From Ophelia neglecta (taxonomy: Eukaryota): a stretch of 64,000 nucleotides of DNA. The notes beneath the pieces were generated by a model that was not told the origin of the DNA, did not search any database, and saw only the letters and a program-made list of their open reading frames with translations. The stretch lies in the NCBI GenBank assembly GCA_965285935.1, contig OZ260661.1:97960001-98024000 (forward strand), given 5' to 3'. Position 1 is the first letter of the stretch. Each line of letters begins with the position of its first letter. Shown here one piece after another: positions 63,001-64,000 of the stretch. The position numbers and the translations under genes were made by a program.

Positions 63001-64000
63001 AATCCGAATTTTAGGAACTGTATATAATGGCATGTATGAAATGAATTTCGGTGTGAACTGTTTATGATAGCAATGAGAAAAAATAATAAAATAATAATAA
63101 TAATAATTAAAGGTGTACAAAGTGCCATCCCCTAATTGTAAACAATGAAACAAAAATAAGCGATGTAATGAAATTATAAATAATTGCCATAACTTAAACT
63201 TCAAGACGATTTAACCTTTTAGATATCAGCTATCACAGTGTTCAACGCGCCAAGAGAAGGCAGATTAAATAATGAACAACATTTAACCACACCACAACAT
63301 TCATAAGACACTGCCATCATGAGTGACCTAACATATGTGTGTAAAATCCCTATAAAAGTCACTAACCGCCATGACTATCATCGCACCTCCCTGTCAACGT
63401 GAACAAGTATGATAAAATAAAAGTACATCAGGAAAATTAGCCCCTGTATAAAATAGCACCACCAAGTGGGATCACATTCTTGTTTAACGACAACCAAGAA
63501 GGAATTTATTAATTCACACAAAAGACAATCGAAAGGGGTAACACCAAAATTCTAAAATTTTTCCATGGTGGCCCTAGTGCCTCCTGCAAAATATTAAAGA
63601 TACACTGCCTGATCAATATAGGCCTAACTAAAAAAGACAATATGTGTATTTATCTTTGATCATACCTTGTGTGTTTCTTCCAAACCGCCTTTTGAAGCAA
63701 TTATGTGATTACATTAATAGACGTTATAAATGGCATGATTAAAAAGATGCTAAGGGCAACTGGCTCGCATACAAGGCATATGGTATTTTCATTTATCCCG
63801 TACTTGGTCTAATACATGTTCTTTCATTGATTGATATGTCCGTATCCGCCGGAAAAACCTTGCAATAAATTGTTACCCGAGTTAGTTGGTATAAACGACA
63901 AAATTAATCATTTACGGAGCCAGAATCAAACCCGTTTACAGTAAAAGTTCTCTTTGTGCGGTGATCGTTTATTCATATGAAAAAGGTAGCTCTAAAGCAC

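Overview
This is AT-rich, gene-poor eukaryotic DNA, probably from an invertebrate metazoan (inferred from GT-AG exon structure, decayed LINEs and low gene density; no species can be assigned). There is one convincing protein-coding segment: a 1,614-nt exon (16913-18526, + strand) encoding the N-terminal or internal part of an ankyrin-repeat protein. It has a canonical acceptor and donor, and I found no partner exon in the window, so the following ~45 kb is probably intron. The rest is non-coding DNA containing a decayed, internally deleted CR1/L2-group LINE (~1.5-4.45 kb), other LINE reverse-transcriptase fragments, candidate MITE, solo-LTR and Helitron remnants, a 22-bp minisatellite with a 136-bp higher-order period, a 14-bp minisatellite and probable decayed zinc-finger coding relics. 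The strongest window-wide signals are a large excess of the palindrome TAGGCCTA (at least 21 exact copies, plus 9 TACATGTA), which resembles transposon excision footprints, and 15 long poly-G/poly-C runs. I found no CRISPR array, rRNA, tRNA or prokaryotic operon, and nothing I can support as a complete new multi-gene system. Most short ORFs in the supplied track look spurious. All protein-family matches were made by eye, without database searches.
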